Positions 62,067-64,000 of a DNA stretch of 64,000 nucleotides are shown here, one piece after another. A program made the position numbers and the translations under genes. Below the pieces are notes generated by a model. It made no database searches. It was given only the letters and a program-made list of their open reading frames with translations, and had not been told where the DNA came from. Where the stretch lies: NCBI GenBank assembly GCA_973895155.1, contig OZ316895.1, forward strand, positions 5,211,181 through 5,275,180, given 5' to 3'. This DNA is from Marsupella aquatica (lineage: Eukaryota; Plantae; Marchantiophyta). Position 1 is the first letter of the stretch. The number at the start of each line of letters is the position of its first letter.

Positions 62067-64000
62067 CACTAGTACATTTTATCGCCCTTTTCCGACAATG
62101 AAAGTATCGGAACCCTTCGGCAACTTGCAACCAGATTTTTGGACCTTCCGATTACCACAACATCAGAACATGCCATTTTCTGCACATCGGATATAGACCA
62201 TCGGACAAGTATCGGAACTACCGATATTACCTTCATCGGACTATCCGTAATTTTAAATATCGGATATTTTACTATCCGATGCCGGAAGTGTCGGACCACT
62301 ACTTTGTCGCCTGTTCTGTTTAATTTGTGTCCAATTATTGTCCGTTTGTTAAGACATCGAAATATCCGATATTATTAGTTTTGCAAGTTCCGATGCGGTA
62401 AGATTCGGAAGATCCGAATGTTCTGGAATGGGGAAGTCCAATACAAAGTGCATCGGAAGGTCATGGTTTTGGTTGGATGGAGTGGGATGATTTAAGTATC
62501 GGAATGGCATCGGAAAGAGTGCTTTGGGAAGCGGGGATGCCACGCTTATTAGCATATTTAGTGGGTTAGGGTTAGGTGTAGGGGTGTTTTGGAGGCATTT
62601 TGGAGCTTATTGAAAAAACCATGCAACATAGATCTAATTCGAACCCATGCATGGCCAAAAAGGGTACTCAAGCCCCTAAAATGAATATATACATATAGAC
62701 CCCAATATGTACAAGTGTGATCCACTCGGATCAAATAAGAAATAGCAGCGTGCCCCATATGGTCTACACTTTGTGCCCTAACACACTAGGCTTCTACTCT
62801 GCATATGCTGGTCAACTATCTGACTTGCTACCAGCTCAAAATGGAGCATGTCGTCCCTTCCTCTTTTTGGAACGAGTCCGTGGAGGTGGGGGTGGAGAAG
62901 CCTCGGTGAATGTGGTTTGGTCCATATTGGCTTGGTCCAGGTCGTCTGTCCCAAGTGTAGAGGCAACATGAGGAAGTGGACCAACCCCACCACCACCACC
63001 ATGGGAAGCCCCTGAGCCATGAGAGGGCACACCCTCTTCGCTACCTCGGCAAGTATGAAAGGAAGCTGCGGGACCCCACCCACTGGTCCCATCAGCAGTA
63101 GAACGTCGTGACTCACCACCACCACCACCACTCCCTCCTGACTGGCTAGGGGCACCATGACTAGCTGCTGGAGGACCTGAGTGGTGAGAGACCCCACCAC
63201 CACCGCCTCCACTCCCTCCAGACGTGCCAGAGGCACGTCCACCACCCCCAATGCTGCTTGCATGCTGAGAGACACCACCACCACTGCCTGCACTCCCTCC
63301 AGACTGGCCAGGGGCATGTCGACCACCCCCAGTGCTGCCTGCATGCTGAGAGACACCACCACCACTACCTGCACTCCCTCCAGACTGGCCAGGGGCATGT
63401 CGACCACCCCTAGTGCTGCCTCCATGGTGAGAGACACCACCAACACCGCCTGCACTCCCTCCAGACTGGCCAAGGGCATGTCGACCACTCCCAATGCTGC
63501 CTCCGTGGTGAGAGACTCCACCACCACCGCCTGCACTCCCTCTAGACTGGCCGCCTCCAGTGCGACCAGAGTGCCGAGACCCTCCACCGCCGGCTGCACT
63601 CCCTCCAACCTGGCCACCCCTAGTGCCGCCAGAGTGGCCAGAGCCTCCAGAGCCACTCCCAACTACGCCTAACTGCTGAGAGCCTCTAGAACACCCTTCC
63701 CCGTGGGGCTCTAATCGGCGAGACCCACCAACAGCATGTCGTGCAACAACATGTTGCGGGCCCTGAGTGTCAGCTCTACCACCAACCCCTGATTGGCGTC
63801 GGCCACTAGAACCAACCCCTATGGCTCTCGACTGGTGTGCGCTAGGGGCCCGACTAGCACCACCTCTGCTGGCCCTACTTCGTGATGCTGGAACACCATG
63901 ATCCTCACCCCGTCGAGTCGAGTGGCGAGGACCACTAACACCGTCCCTAACTGCTCCAGACCGGCGAGATGTGGGTGCGGTCACAATTGCCTCCTCTGGG
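62067..64000 (-). mobile_element. CACTA (En/Spm) transposon terminus, continuing beyond the window
   Basis: Begins CACTAGTACA at 62067, exactly where the MULE coding sequence breaks. Dense TCCGA/TCGGA subterminal repeats in both orientations at 62090-62520. Confidence 0.8.
62836..63984 (-). CDS. Gly/Ser-rich 3' portion of a CACTA-internal ORF with 26-aa repeats and a basic NLS-like end
   Basis: RHA(L/P)GQSGGSAGSGGGVSxHxxSxGGG repeats from a 78-bp DNA unit (~63190-63560); C-terminus PPPPRTRSKKRKGRHAPF. The 5' part is probably outside the window. Confidence 0.5.
   Translation of the reverse strand: MTAPTSRRSGAVRDGVSGPRHSTRRGEDHGVPASRSRASRGGASRAPSAHQSRAIGVGSSGRRQSGVGGRADTQGPQHVVARHAVGGSRRLEPHGEGCSRGSQQLGVVGSGSGGSGHSGGTRGGQVGGSAAGGGGSRHSGRTGGGQSRGSAGGGGGVSHHGGSIGSGRHALGQSGGSAGGVGGVSHHGGSTRGGRHAPGQSGGSAGSGGGVSQHAGSTGGGRHAPGQSGGSAGSGGGVSQHASSIGGGGRASGTSGGSGGGGGGVSHHSGPPAASHGAPSQSGGSGGGGGESRRSTADGTSGWGPAASFHTCRGSEEGVPSHGSGASHGGGGGVGPLPHVASTLGTDDLDQANMDQTTFTEASPPPPPRTRSKKRKGRHAPF

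Overview
Eukaryotic, intron-containing land-plant DNA; a bryophyte-like host is inferred from the gene set and the TTTAGGG telo-boxes, not proven. Four ordinary host genes are present: an NHL-repeat protein, an organellar 5'-3' exonuclease (OEX1-like), a JMJD7-like JmjC oxygenase and a group-I/DREB A-6 AP2/ERF factor. They are interspersed with decayed transposons. The standout is a Ty3/gypsy LTR retrotransposon (minus strand, ~5092-10722) whose single gag-pol reading frame carries a DNMT3-like C5 cytosine DNA methyltransferase domain between the aspartic protease and the reverse transcriptase. Its 5' LTR and PBS are recognisable, and it is cut just after RT by the end of a Mutator-like DNA transposon with a GCM/WRKY-like zinc finger and a SWIM domain. 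Also present: a Helentron/Helitron2-type RepHel element with an overlapping, spliced accessory gene of unknown function, a second MULE interrupted by a CACTA element, and several tandem and fold-back repeats. Exon boundaries were read by eye and are approximate unless stated.
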